Below are positions 1 through 13,216 of a stretch of DNA of 64,000 nucleotides, piece by piece. The stretch spans positions 38,564,001 to 38,628,000 of the forward strand of contig OZ024747.1 of NCBI GenBank assembly GCA_964016885.1, read 5' to 3'. This stretch comes from Eledone cirrhosa. Lineage: Eukaryota. A model generated the notes under the pieces. The model was not told where the DNA came from, did not search any database, and saw only the letters and a program-made list of their open reading frames with translations. The first letter of the stretch is position 1. Every line of letters begins with the position of its first letter. The position numbers and the translations under genes were made by a program.

Positions 1-897
1 ATCCATCAATCTAAATATTATATATATCTGGGTGTAATTAAATGAGGGTTTAATTTCGAGTCCTTAGTTAATTAGAAATATACTAACAATTAATTATATA
101 CACTATATATATCCTAACGTATCCGGCTGACCATTACATTTCAAATCAATTATGTTAGTTTAGAATAATGAATTAATCAAAATGTATAATATTTCAGGCT
201 ATAAAAGTTTATAAATATCTATATTAATATTAAAGTATACTATCATATTTAATTTATAAAATCATATTTAAAATATTTGCAAACATGAGAAGGAATACTT
301 AATATTTTCATCCTCACGAAGGTAATCCATATTAAATTATAGTATCTTATATTATATTTAAAAAAAATTTATATTGAAATAATTCACATTATATAATTTA
401 GAAAGTAATTACAGTTATAACTTTAAAAATTTAAAATTAACAATTAGAATGCCTTAAAATATCTAAAGGCCTTATAATTAAACTTAAAAAAGGGTATTTA
501 TTAAATTAAATATATGCATTTATCTAAATATATATATACAAAGAGCATATTGTCTAAAGTTCAAGACGATATTAGTCAGTTATACATAATATAATATAAT
601 ATAATATAATAAATAAGTTACTGTTAATATTGTTTAAAATGAAGGTTATTATATTAGGATCATGTAATACATATATTGTGTTTATACAAATCAAACTTCA
701 TGAATCATAAGGATAAGAACCAGATTCAAAGTAATAAAGTAAATTGTTTGCGATCATATAAGTGCTGTATATCTAAGCTATATAATTTAAAAATACACGA
801 ACAATTTTATTTATTCATTTTATTTTTTTTATTTTTATGGATCTATATTGTAGTATAATATCATGATTTGATTATTCATTGAACCTTATTTAACCTG

Positions 898-931
<34 letters not shown>

Positions 932-941
932 AACGAGTAGG

Positions 942-1037
942 ACCCCGACGGCTGAGCTCAAGCCGTTTCAACGGCTAATTCTGGACTAAATGAATATTTT
1001 TATCTTGGTATTTGAATAGGCGAGCTTCTCAAGGGGT
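942..1037 (-). ncRNA. Type I hammerhead ribozyme, family A (U3:A8 core variant)
   Basis: The minus strand reads ACCCC-TTGAGAA-[stem II]-GAAA-CGGCT-tgagctc-AGCCG-TC-GGGGT. Confidence 0.65.
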
Positions 1038-1621
1038 AATTCCATATATGGTCAAAATGATTGTCACAGGGATTGGTCAAAAGTTTGTAGTTGAGACATA
1101 ATAATTCTATGATGGCAATTTGTGGAGGGAAGGGATAGCTAGACCTTTCCAGTAGGAGAAAAAGGGAGAAGGGGTGGAGAAGACCCATTCATGCGTTGAT
1201 AGTGCCGGCTACAGCTGGGCGTGAGGTCAAAGAAGATACTAGATACCATCTAGTATTTTTCTTTAGCCTAGCAATAGTGAGAGATTTAGGTCGTAGTAAC
1301 CAGAAATTTTTTTTTTTTTTTTTACATTTAATTGCTTTTTAACACTCTCAGTATTTTTCTATATTTTTACCCCTTATTGTTCTACTTACTGTTTCGACTT
1401 CCTCCCCCTCCCCCTCCATAGTATCTTCTTTGACCTCACGCCCAGCTGTAGCCGGCACTATCAACGCATGAATGGGTCTCCTACACCCCCTCTCCCTCTT
1501 TCTCCTACTGGCAGGTCTAGCTACCCCTTCCCTCCACAAATTGCCATCATAGAATTATTATTTCTCAACTGCAAACTTTTGACCAATCCCTGTGACAATC
1601 ACTTTGACGATATATGGAATT

Positions 1622-1717
1622 ACCCCTTGAGTAGCTCGGCTATTCAAATACCAGGATAAAAATGTTCATTTAGTCCAGAATTAGCCGTCGAAACGGCTTG
1701 AGCTCAGCGGTCGGGGT
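1622..1717 (+). ncRNA. Hammerhead family A, degenerate copy
   Basis: Same layout as 942-1037, but the core is TTGAGTA and stem III has one mismatch. Confidence 0.55.
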
Positions 1718-1727
1718 CCTAGTCGTT

Positions 1728-1777
<50 letters not shown>

Positions 1778-1987
1778 CAGGTTAAACAAGGTTCAATGAA
1801 TAACTCAAAGCATGATATTATACTACAATATAGATCCTTAAAAAAAAATAAATAAATAAATAAATAAAATTGTTCGTGTATTTTTAAATTATATAGCTTA
1901 GATATACAGCACTTATATGATCGCAAGCAATTTACTTTCTTACTTTGAATCTGGTTCTTATCCTTATCATTCATGAAGTTTGATTTG

Positions 1988-3645
1988 CTGCTGATACGGT
2001 CATACCCTCGGCTACTGGGGTCCAACAGGGCGACCCTTTGGGATCCCTTCTATTCGCCCTTGCTATTGTCCACATCGCCCGGAGTATCACGGCTCCTCTC
2101 AACGTTTGGTATCTAGATGATGTTACGTTGGGCGGGCCCGTACGGACGGTCTGCCATGACGTTCAATCGGTGGTCGCTGCCCTGGTGGGAATCGGCCTCT
2201 AGGTCAACTCGGCCAAGTCGGAGGTGGTGTACGCCAGCCTCGATGCTGCGAGCTTTGCAGCCTCCGTCTTGGACGCGCGGTTCATTCTCCGCCAGGTTCA
2301 GGTGACCCCCAGAGAGGATGTCCTCATCCTCGGGTCACCGATCCTCCCGCCGGCTATCCGCTCCACCATCAGGTCCAGACTTTAACAGCTCCGGACTCTC
2401 ACGAGCCGACTGGGCTTGACTGAGGTCACCCAGCACTCTTTGTGCTGAGGAACTGCTTCGCCATGCCGAAGCTCCTCTATACACTCCGCAGCGCTCCATG
2501 CTACACCCAGACATCTCTCCTCGCTGACCTCGATACTTGTATCCGAGCAGCAGCCGAGGGGATATGCAAAGTCAAGTTTGATGACATAGGGTGGCAACAG
2601 GCCACTTTACCTCTCAGGTATGGCGGCCTTGGCGACCGGTCCCCGATCTCACTAGCTTTTCCGGCGTATCTTTCGTCGGTAACCTCGTGCCGGGTCCTCG
2701 TCAGCCAGGTTCTTCTAAACCAAACAGATCCCTCGGTGTTCAGAGAACATGAGGCCGCCTATGAGACGTGGAGCCGGCTGGGAACCGCCCAGAAGACATC
2801 CCTCCTCCTTCTCCCCCTATTGACGTCAAGTCCCCCCAACGTACTTGGGTGACATCCAGTGAAGCCTGGCCTCAGACAGGCTCACGCGCCAGCTCAACTA
2901 GCACCGCCTTGCTTGTTTCCGTGCGGCCTCAAAACTCCACAGTGGTGCCTGGTTCCATGCCCTGCCCTCCTTCTCCACTGGCACGCAGCTAGACAACCAT
3001 AGTTTGCGAATCAGCGTTTCCCTGAGGCTCGGCCTCCGGATCTACCAGCCACACCAATGTCGCTGCGGTTTCACCGTGGACTCTTTCGGCCTGCACCCGC
3101 TTTCCTGTCGCCTCAGTGCCGGCCTCATTCCACGCCATGCTGCCCTCAACGAGGTCATTAAGCATGGCTTGGATGCTGCAGGCTTCCCTTCCCAGCTCGA
3201 GGCTGTGGGGCTGGATCGAGGAGATGGCAAAAGGCCTGATGGCATGACCATCTTCCCGTTCCGCGGTGATAAACCCTCGTCTGGGATGCCACTTGCACCG
3301 ACACTTTCTGCAGCCACAACCTGGTGCAGTCTGCGACTGACCCAGGTTCTGCTGCACGTCGGGCTGAGGTCGCCAAACTCCTCAAATACCGGTCGCTTTC
3401 CGACAGGTTAGCGGTCGTACCCCTGGCGGTGGAGACTTCTCGTGTCCTCGGCCCCAGGGCTACCTCCTTACTCACCACCATAGGCGCTGAGCCCCGCGAG
3501 TTGGAGTGGCTTTTACAGCGCGTCTTCCTTGTCGTCCTCCGGGGAAACGCCTTCTCCACTCTGTCCGCCAGGGCTGTGGGTGGGCCCCATCGCGTACCGT
3601 TGTAGTTGTTGTATACAGATATTAACTCATCAATTCCATTGTCCT

Positions 3646-3650
<5 letters not shown>
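1988..3650 (+). mobile_element. 5'-truncated CRE-clade non-LTR retrotransposon (RT + CCHC + restriction-like endonuclease), decayed
   Basis: Translations give GVQQGDPLG, WYLDD, QATLPLRYGGLG, CRCG..HPLSC..RHAALN, KRPDG and PLAVET. The frames are disrupted and the element ends at a (TA)n tract. Confidence 0.85.

Positions 3651-3736
<86 letters not shown>
3648..3736. repeat. (TA)n microsatellite
   Basis: Direct reading. Confidence 0.98.
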
Positions 3737-3737
<1 letters not shown>

Positions 3738-3899
3738 TAATACACGTACATGCATACATAAATATACATATGTTTACAGTTATATTTCTATGTTCACTTA
3801 GTTTCAAAGGTTCAACAGCTCTACAGTTTATTGTGCTTCATTGTGTCCGAATAAAAATCATATTAATTAAATCTGAGAAGATTTAATTTTACACGATCT

Positions 3900-4700
3900 T
3901 TTGGAAAAGAGATACACATCTTTCTAGAAACTCCTAATGGAATATTACAGTGCAGTAACCATATAGGGATCAATAAAAGAGTAATAAACTATTTGCTCTC
4001 ATGGTGGAAGGCAAAGATTCAACAGAAAGAATATCAATGTCGGTTTATTTCGTATCGTATATAATCAGAACACCACTATCCATGGGCTTGACAGGAGGCA
4101 CACACCTAACAAAAACTATATTCTTCGAGGGAATTCTAGATATTAACTCATCTTTTATCCACGCCAAAATGTCCATCCCTTCACAAAACCCACAAGCACT
4201 CTAATCATATTTTATTTGGAATAACGTACGTCTTACCTAATATATCCCTTTGACTTTCACAACGTTTAGTTAAAGGACTATCCCTAATTGTTGTAATGAT
4301 GTCTTAACTAAAAGTTCATTTAAACATGTAACTTATAATTAGTACCAACCATTTACCAAATGGAAAACGAAATATTCCAAGGAGCATAATCTGGTTTGCT
4401 TCCAATTTTAATGTCACAGGTATCACCTAAGTTGCCTTGAAAATCTGTAAACTACTGAAAATCAAGTCCTTTAAAATATAAATATAAATGTCAAATTCAC
4501 TTACTTAACTCCTAACTTCGGTCAAGATATTGATGACCAATCAAGCCACAAGATAGTTGACTGTATTGATGCCAGAAAATGTTCCCTCGAATCAAATAGC
4601 TGAGCAAAATTATTGATGTACGGTAAAATCAAATAAATATACCATGAAAACTTTCGTTTAACATACAAATAATTCCCTTTTACATAGCGTTGCTTCATAC
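3900..4700 (-). pseudogene. Possible highly decayed Penelope-like linker/GIY-YIG remnant
   Basis: Short minus-strand motifs LILPYI, a Cys-containing stretch and SKNIVF occur in the expected order. Weak evidence. Confidence 0.25.
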
Positions 4701-4724
4701 TCAAACATTCTTTTAAATGCGCTT

Positions 4725-4786
4725 GCTTTGCATCGAACCCGGCATCTTTATGATGCTGAGCAAGTGAGTTATCAACTACACTAAAG
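4725..4786 (-). mobile_element. tRNA-like SINE head or tRNA pseudogene fragment
   Basis: The minus strand has A-box-like TAGTGTAGTTGATAA and B-box-like GGGTTCGATGC at tRNA spacing, with no intact cloverleaf. Confidence 0.5.
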
Positions 4787-4920
4787 AAATACTGGTAAAC
4801 AGCTTCTAGAATTTGGAGGATTCTAAAGTCTGTATGATTTCAAATAGAGTGGTTGACTTTGGTATCATAGAAAAAAATTGTTATGAAATGTGTGGGATCC
4901 AAACCAAAGGACAGTTATAA

Positions 4921-5449
4921 TCTCCTTATAATATATAACCAGCAATTTCTCTGTCTGTCTGTCCGACGCGTAGAGAGAGAGAGAGAGTGAGAGTGAAAGA
5001 AAGAGACATACTACAAGAGGGGGATAGCGGGAGGGAGAGAGAGAGACGCTGGAAGAGGGGAAGGCAAGCTATGTCTTGCTGTCTGCATTACGATACATAT
5101 ATATATATACACACACACACTGAGCGCGTCATAATGACGTAATGCAGACAGCCAGACATACAGACAGTTATTATAAGGGCGCAACGCTATATCTATGTAT
5201 CTATCTAAAAAGAAAGACTAAGAATTATATAGAGAGAACGCTAAATCGCCTAATGCGGTCCCTAGGGCATTGACAATTTGAAATAATCTTTGCTCAAAAC
5301 ACTCACAGGACCATAAGTATTACATGTCTAAAGTTTGAAAACAATCGGTTGGATGGTTCTCAAGTTTTAGTGAGCTGACAGACAGACAGACATTTTCTGT
5401 TTTAGATATATAGACTAGCAGAAAACCGCCCCGTGTGGTTTTCTGCTAG
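4921..5449. mobile_element. Helitron-related fragments, including an inverted partial copy (about 5135-5414) and a hairpin junction (5408-5456)
   Basis: The reverse complement of 5135-5414 resembles the 5' part of the element at 5450. TAGACTAGCAGAAAACC...GGTTTTCTGCTAGTCTA forms an inverted repeat. Confidence 0.65.
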
Positions 5450-6361
5450 TCTATATATATAAAACTGAGGATGTCTGTCTGTGTGTGTGTCGGTTTGAAT
5501 CCATAAAACTCGAGAACCACCCAACCGACTATTTTCAAACTTTACACATGTAATACTTATGTTTCAGGGAATGTTGTGAGCAAAAGGAAATTCAAATTTT
5601 CAATGCCCTAGGGTCGGCATTAGGCGATTTAGCGATCTCTCTCTATAATTCTCAGTCTTTCTCTTTTTAGATAGATACATACATATAACGTCGCGCCCTT
5701 TTAATATATGTCTGTATATCTGACTGTCTGCATTGCGTCACTTCCCTGCGGATGTCTGTCTGTGTGTGTGTGTGTGTGAGTTTCAATCCCTAAAACTCGA
5801 GAAGTATCCAACCGACCTTTTTCAAACTTTACATGTGTATTACTTATGTTTCAGGGAGTGTTATGCACATAAACAAATTTCAACTTTTTCATCCCCTACA
5901 ATATGTAAATATGCATTAGGTGAAAAACTGCGTTTTTTCAGGTTTTATGGTTCTATTTGAGGCGTTATGTCAGACTGATTTCCTTGAAATTGTAACTATA
6001 AATTAGTCAGTCTCTTCTTCATACCGTGAGCAAAGAAAATCCAACTTTTTTATAGCCTAGGGCATTAGGTGAAAAACTTCATATTTACAGCTTTGTAGGG
6101 CTTTTTTGAGGAGTTACGTCTAGCCGATTTTCCCGAAATTTCAAGGCATATTGTGCAGATAAAAAAAATTCATTGTCTTGCTCCTCTAGGGAGGTGAAAA
6201 CCTGTATTTTTCCTGTTTCATCGAGGAAAATCTTAAAGATTATCCAGCCATCAGAGTATTCGGTTTATTTTCTTTACATATTGTCGAGGCATGCAGTAGG
6301 TCTGTTGGCGGCCCACCTTCCAAAATACCTTATCCCGTGCAACGCCTGGTACCACTGTTAG
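5450..6361 (+). mobile_element. Non-autonomous Helitron
   Basis: 5' end TCTATATATATAAAACTG; 3' hairpin CCCGTGCAACGCCTGG then ...TTAG. Homologous to 51490-52330. Confidence 0.85.
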
Positions 6362-6878
6362 TCTATATATATAAAACTGAGGATGTATGTCTGTGTGTGT
6401 GTGAGTTTGAATCCCTAAAACTCGAGAACCACCCAACCGACTGTTTTCAAACTTTACACATTTAATACTTATGTTTCAGGGAGTGTCTTCAACAAAAAGA
6501 AATTCAAATGTTCAATGCCCTAGGGACCGCCTTGGGCAATTTAGCGATCCCTCTCTATAATTCTTAGTCTTTCTCTTTTCAGATAGATACATCAATATAA
6601 CGTCGCGCCCTTATAATATCTGTCTGTATGTCAGGCTGTCCGCTGCCTCCGGTTATTCTGCCACCCTTGCCCAAGACAGATCTCACACTCATTCCCCAAA
6701 CAGTTGGTAAGTGCACACAACTTCTTCCTCACGTTTTAAGCCACAGTGTTGCTTACTTATGTACCACCAGAGCCTCAGTTCTTTGCCAGCCGTGGTTGTG
6801 GCAATACTAAGCTTAGCTAAGGCGGTTATATATATTTCACAATACCTTATCCCGTGCAACGCCGGGTGCCACTGCTAG
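6362..6878 (+). mobile_element. Non-autonomous Helitron, head-to-tail tandem copy with a different internal segment
   Basis: Same 5' TC end; 3' hairpin CCCGTGCAACGCCGGG and CTAG followed by T. Confidence 0.85.
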
Positions 6879-7178
6879 TATTTAATAATTTCAATGAAAT
6901 TATCTCTAAGTTAAGGTGCAATCTACTGTAGTTTGCAAAATATATTAACTAATCAAAACCCCTCTCAAAAGTCTATGAAGAAAGGAAAAACCTTAGTGGC
7001 GATTTTTATTAAATCATATCTTCTTTACATACCAAGAGAAATTTCCGATCATTTTGTATAAAGAAAATGCATCTCCGAGGCAGTTTTCGTCTTTTACTAT
7101 AATTTATCTAAGATGTGGTCAGTTGAGACAAAGATTGTTACATATAGAGTTTTGAAGAAGTTTTGATCAGCATAATTT

Positions 7179-7395
<217 letters not shown>

Positions 7396-8179
7396 AATGA
7401 GCTGTGGAGAATAATTTTGTAGAAGTGTCTTCCATTAGAATACATTTATTTTGTTTTATTACGCAATATGGATATTCCATTTTAATAGAAACAGTATTTA
7501 CATAAAACCTACCTTACGCAGCATGAGATATTCATATCTGAATACAAAATGTTATTTTGAAAATATTATTTCTATTCGTTGAACATTTGGACCTAATGTT
7601 ATCGATACAATATTTACGCTATTTACAATCTTGGTACTATACTGTAATATTTCATCCTAATAGCTTCTAGATCCATAGCACTGAGAGACGCCTTTTGCAC
7701 TAGTCATATTGATAAATAACTCTTGACGAGATATATTTTATTTTTCAATATAAGTTGTATGGCCTTCAGTGGTTGGATATCATTTACATGAACCATAATT
7801 AATTTTGCCCTATTTGTAGAACAGTGTAACATCTATATTGGATGTATTTTATTAAGTGTACATTCATCTTGCGGAATAAGGTTTCTCTTTGATTTTTAAC
7901 ATTATGAACCAATATTGATGGCGGCATTGCTTATGAGTATGAATGTGTTGTGACATGTTAACAAATAATAATATCGACAATGTAAATTAATCTCTATAGA
8001 AATTAGAGGCGAAAAATAAGAGGCAATATTTTCAAATGATCCCAAGAACATCGATATTAGGTGCATAAACATGGTGAGAGAAAACAGCTTCACAAAGAGA
8101 AATAATTCTGTAATGTAGTATTTCGAGTAAACACACACGGACAGAAGCACGTGCGTAAACTTACATATATGCAGACACA

Positions 8180-8207
<28 letters not shown>

Positions 8208-8211
<4 letters not shown>

Positions 8212-8410
8212 CGAAGGGAATGTGGTAAGGAACCAGATGGACCATAACGCACCAAAGTACTCAATACGTAGAGTAGTAGAGTGGGTAATAGGAACGAGTA
8301 GGACCCCGACGGCTGAGTTCAAGCCGTTTCGGCGGCTAATTCGACGGCTAGTCCAGAATTAGCCGTCGAAACGGCTTGAGCTCAGCCGTCGGGGTACTAC
8401 TCGTTCCTAT
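8208..8410. mobile_element. Fold-back of the PLE family A 3' end between (TA)n tracts
   Basis: 8290-8342 and 8356-8408 are inverted copies of the 3' half of the HHR. The left arm extends further and matches the reverse complement of 15740-15823. Confidence 0.85.
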
Positions 8411-8721
8411 ATATATATATATGTGTGTGTGTGTGTATGTGTGTGTGTGAAAGTGTGTATGTGTGTGTGAGTGTTTGTGTGTATATGTGTCTATGTGTAA
8501 AAGGTAAACAGAAATAACAAAAATAACACAGTACATGGAAGAAATATGAGTTTAAAATAGCAGGAAAAGTGTCTTAACGTTTCGGACACTATAAATAGTA
8601 ATGGAAGGAACGGGAATATATATTTTATATATATATATATATATAGTGACGAAACATAAGACAATTGCATGAACTCATAATCCTTTGTTTACTGGTATAT
8701 ATATTTCGATGATAGCCATTG

Positions 8722-8755
<34 letters not shown>

Positions 8756-8760
<5 letters not shown>

Positions 8761-9011
8761 AAGAATGAAACTGGCCGTTGGGATGTTGGAATACAAGCTC
8801 TAAATTAGATATTGTAGTGAACTTCTTTGCATTCGATTATTGATCCTAGGTTTTAATTGCTTGATTAAGAGGGCCTCCTTAATTCTCGATGAGAAATAAG
8901 GAGGCCCTTGATTATGGATTTTTAAACCCGGAAAATATTATTTTGTTATCTTGGCGATGTAATGTTCTTTCTAACGCATTGTTTGGTTTTCAAAATTAAA
9001 ATCTGTCTTAC

Positions 9012-9049
<38 letters not shown>

Positions 9050-10078
9050 GTAAGACAGATTTTAATTTTGAAAACCAAACAATGCGTTAGAAAGAACATT
9101 ACATCGCCAAGATAACAAAATAATATTTTCCGGGTTTAAAAATCCATAATCAAGGGCCTCCTTATTTCTCATCGAGAATTAAGGAGGCCCTCTTAATCAA
9201 GCAATTAAAACCTAGGATCAATAATCGAATGCAAAGAAGTTCACTACAATATCTAATTTAGAGCTTGTATTCCAACATCCCAACGGCCAGTTTCATTCTT
9301 TCTTTCAAATTAAATCTATGTCCTAACTAAGCACACACACTTAGAATCACACACACACACACATACATATATCACACACATAATTTTCCCATTTTCTTAT
9401 ATACATATTTGCACACACCTTACACTACATAAACTTACATTCATGCACACACATGGAAACATCCCACTAAGCACACTTACATTCATACACACACATGCAT
9501 ATATCATACATTTCACAACGCGCATATTTGGAATTTTAACCTCTTTTCATTCCATTTAACTTAAACCTGCTAACTCCGATCGATTTTGGAAGTCTCTCAT
9601 ACGTTTGGGATCATTACATTTGCTCTCGTTTCATTCTTTTCCATTTATCGTTTTCGGTGCGCCCGGCCGACTAACTCACTCGCTATGCAAATCAGGCTGC
9701 TCAGCCGTTAATATGCATAAGGAAAGTATACTTTCAAACGTTCAATCATCTGACAGGAAGGTATACGATGCTGACGATAGCTAATAAGCTTGAACCTAGT
9801 TCATCGTTCCTTTGTCAGTGTTGAACCAAAGGGCGACGATGGTTGTCGAACACTGTACGGCTTAATTCGGGCTGTTTGTTTACAAACAAGCAGAACATTA
9901 TAATAAATGTTTTGTAAACCCATACGTACATATATATGTGTGCATGTATGTATATATATATATATATATATACTACTGTACGTATGTATACATATATGTA
10001 TGTACGTGTACATACTTATATTTAATAACAGCCGTACTAAGAGTGAGAAATGAAATTTCGTTTCATTTTTTCCATTGA
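8756..10078 (+). mobile_element. Penelope-like element 3' end (GIY-YIG C-terminus + pLTR family B) with an inverted copy at 8756-9014
   Basis: The + strand gives RIKEALLIKQLKPRINN near 9175-9230. 8756-9014 is the reverse complement of 9046-9299 around a (TA)n centre. There is an HHR at 9766. Confidence 0.8.
9766..9806 (+). ncRNA. Minimal type I hammerhead, family B (degenerate: GAAC)
   Basis: CGATG-CTGACGA-tAGCTaataAGCTt-GAAC-CTAG-TT-CATCG. Confidence 0.65.
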
Positions 10079-10109
10079 ATATATATATATATATATATAC
10101 ACTATATTA

Positions 10110-10180
10110 ACAAATGGAAACTATATTTATAAAACCATATTTATTTCATTATACATATTTCAAGGGCCACCAAGGCAAAC
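10110..10180 (-). repeat. Fragment of the HHR family G unit
   Basis: Matches 63095-63162. Confidence 0.7.
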
Positions 10181-10264
10181 TATGTTATCTTATATTTTGC
10201 TTGTATCCCAACAAATTAAATATAACCTCTACAAATATATATATATATATATATGTGTAGAGGT

Positions 10265-10303
<39 letters not shown>

Positions 10304-10578
10304 CATATGTGTCTGTTCTACTCCGGGAGTGCTACACTGACAATAAAAACAAATTGAGTTTCAATTTACTTTATTTTCTCATTACTTTATTTTCTCATTA
10401 CATTAAATAATCCATTTATCGCTTGTTTAAACAACTAAAAGTCTATTTACCTAATTGTCAAACCACTTTTATCACACATTCTGTGACGTTCTGACTGACG
10501 TTTTACCCTGTGTGTCTCCCATTGCACCCAGCTACAGTTACTCCATCATGTTACATCTTTTCTTTCGACTTTCTGCCT

Positions 10579-10580
<2 letters not shown>

Positions 10581-10670
<90 letters not shown>
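10581..10670. repeat. (TG)n microsatellite
   Basis: Direct reading. Confidence 0.98.
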
Positions 10671-10672
<2 letters not shown>

Positions 10673-11702
10673 GGCATGTGTACATGTCTGTGTGTATGTA
10701 CATGTATGTTGCCTCCTAGTTTCTCTCTATATGCATATTGCTATTTGCTTTTAAGGTGCATTCAATTTCCCGTTGCCTTCTCGTCGTTGTTCCCCTTTTT
10801 ATTCAGTGAAATGAGAAACTCATTAAAACGTTATTAATGTATAACTCCAATACAAGGGTCGATTCTACCTCTCCAAATATTTCTATTTTCCTCTCTATCA
10901 TTCATTCTGCTTCTCTGAAAGTGTTCAGCCCTGGACAGAGATATACACTTCGTTTAAACACCACTACAGTGCCGCCCCTACAACACCATCAGGAGTTACG
11001 TGCTTATACATACATTGTTTTCATTACTACTGTCATTTTGTTCGTGTGTATGCGTTTGTGAATGTGTTTGTGTGTGTGTGTGTGTGTGCGGTTTTAAGTG
11101 TGTGTAAGTATGTGCCTTTTTATATTAATTCTCACACGTTTTTGTGTATGTCTACACCTATTAGCTTAGGTGATGTATTTGTATATATGTTCACAACATA
11201 TCACCAGTCTTTGCACAACTTTACCTATATGCTTATGTACCTGAACATACCCATATTCACATCTCTGTAGTTGCTGTTGTTGCTCTGGAAACTTCTCGTG
11301 TTTTAATAAGCTTGACAACAATAATTTAGTCTTGGAGCTGTTACTATTCCACTTCTGCTACATAAGTGATTAAGTTTTGTGTAGGCTTGATGTGTAGATA
11401 GACATCCCAATGATATGTTTTCCATATGGCCATCACGCTCTTGTTTAGTATACTGGTAGAGCACTGATGAGTCTTTTTCTTATCTTTGTCTGATTGCCAG
11501 TGTTCCGGGATCATTTCAGTTATGCTACGGGTAGTTTGTCTCATGAGACACTCGTGCTATAAAACACACTGCTATCTCCCTGTCGTCACATAAAATGTTG
11601 TGTACATGTTATAGCTTAACTGCTATGAATTATTGTACATACATATATAGGAGATATAAGGAGACAACATACAGAGGTACAAAAAGTCTTATTAGTTTCA
11701 CG

Positions 11703-11743
<41 letters not shown>

Positions 11744-11786
11744 TACACGCACGCACACACACACACATACACACACACACACACAC

Positions 11787-11848
<62 letters not shown>

Positions 11849-12187
11849 GTTAACATATACATAAAGTTATAGATATATACATGTTGCAACTGGTCACTTT
11901 TAAGCTCTATGAAGAATTAATAAATAAAAAAATCAGAGCAATATATCATAAATCATGTCTTTAGAATCATCAGATAAAATATATACTATTTCTTCTTCTA
12001 ATTAGCATAATTAACCATATAAAAAATCAATTAGAACAAGCTATAAGAATAAATGCTCTTATGGAGAAATCTCCGACAAATAACCGAACGTAGATTCTTC
12101 GCGGCGGCCTCAATCGAGTATTTATCCAACATTTCGACAGCATGTAGAAACTGACTAAATATACCATCAACCATACACAATTAGATA

Positions 12188-12491
12188 TTTTTAAAAATGT
12201 TTTCATGAAGTATATAAAGTATATGAGAGAATTACCGGTTTGTATTAAGATCTATCTTGTCAAATTCAGTGAAAAGAGTTAATTAAGTATTGTTGGTAGG
12301 AGTAAAGGAAGGTTTAAAATAAAAATAAAAATTGAATGTTTGAGTTAAACTTCTTACATCATGCTTCCTGAAAAGTTGGCTGCGAATGAGAACAAGTTGT
12401 TTTGTTGATGTGAAAAATATGCTTTGACTGTATTGTCTAATCTAGTGGTTCAACAGTATATATTTTATCTGATGATTCTAAAGACATGATT

Positions 12492-12552
<61 letters not shown>

Positions 12553-13216
12553 AGGAAGCCGGGGCTGTGTAATTACTGATAACGAGTGTTAGAAGGTATG
12601 GCAACACAAACAAGAGATGGAAAGTTGCCCTTCGTCAGCTGTTTACTGCGGCCCATGGGTGTTTCGGCATAACATACACAGAACATCGATCCATAGCGCG
12701 CCCATACCCTTTTATCTATCAAAGCCATGAGAGAAAAAAGTGACATATACATATATACATATATACATGTATACATATTATATATATATATTAGAAAAGG
12801 GAAGTGAGGTTATATAAAAAACAGTGGATATAGAGAAAAGATGAAGTTGGAAATAGCAGGTAAGATATATTTAAGGGTCTGTTTTTCTTTTTTGATTCGT
12901 CAAACTGACATTATTGAAAAGATAGTGTTATCAAAAAAAGAGAGGGAAAATTCTTTTTTAAAAATGTTTTCATGAAGTATATAAAGTATGTGAGAAAATT
13001 ACCGGTTTGTATTAAGATCTATCTTGTCAAATTCAGTGAAAAGAGTTAATTAAGAATTGTTGGTAGGAGTAAAGGAAGGTTTAAAATAAAAATCAAAATC
13101 GAATGTTTGAGTAAAACTTCTTCCATCATGCTTCCTGAAAAGTTGGCTGCGAATGAGAACAAGTTGTTTTGTTGATGTGAAAAATATGCTGTGACTGTAT
13201 TGTCTAATCTAGTGGT
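12188..13216. repeat. Dispersed direct repeat of about 260 bp (12188-12449 and 12955-13216)
   Basis: Two near-identical copies running from TTTTAAAAATGTTTTCATGAAG to TCTAATCTAGTGGT. Confidence 0.85.

Larger units (their letters stand above)
687..1987. repeat. Nested inverted repeat: outer arms 687-900/1774-1987, (TA)n tracts, inner arms 929-1241/1419-1730 (PLE pseudo-LTR family A)
   Basis: The arms are reverse complements with scattered mismatches. 1250-1730 matches 15290-15742, which lies downstream of a PLE endonuclease remnant. Confidence 0.9.

Noticed and set aside
11948-12495. Short inverted repeat containing CTGATGA (12469) as a hammerhead
   Set aside because: There is no GAAA box or stem III at a usable distance.
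12625-12672. Minus-strand GAAA...CTGACGA as a type II hammerhead
   Set aside because: Stems I and III cannot be formed convincingly.
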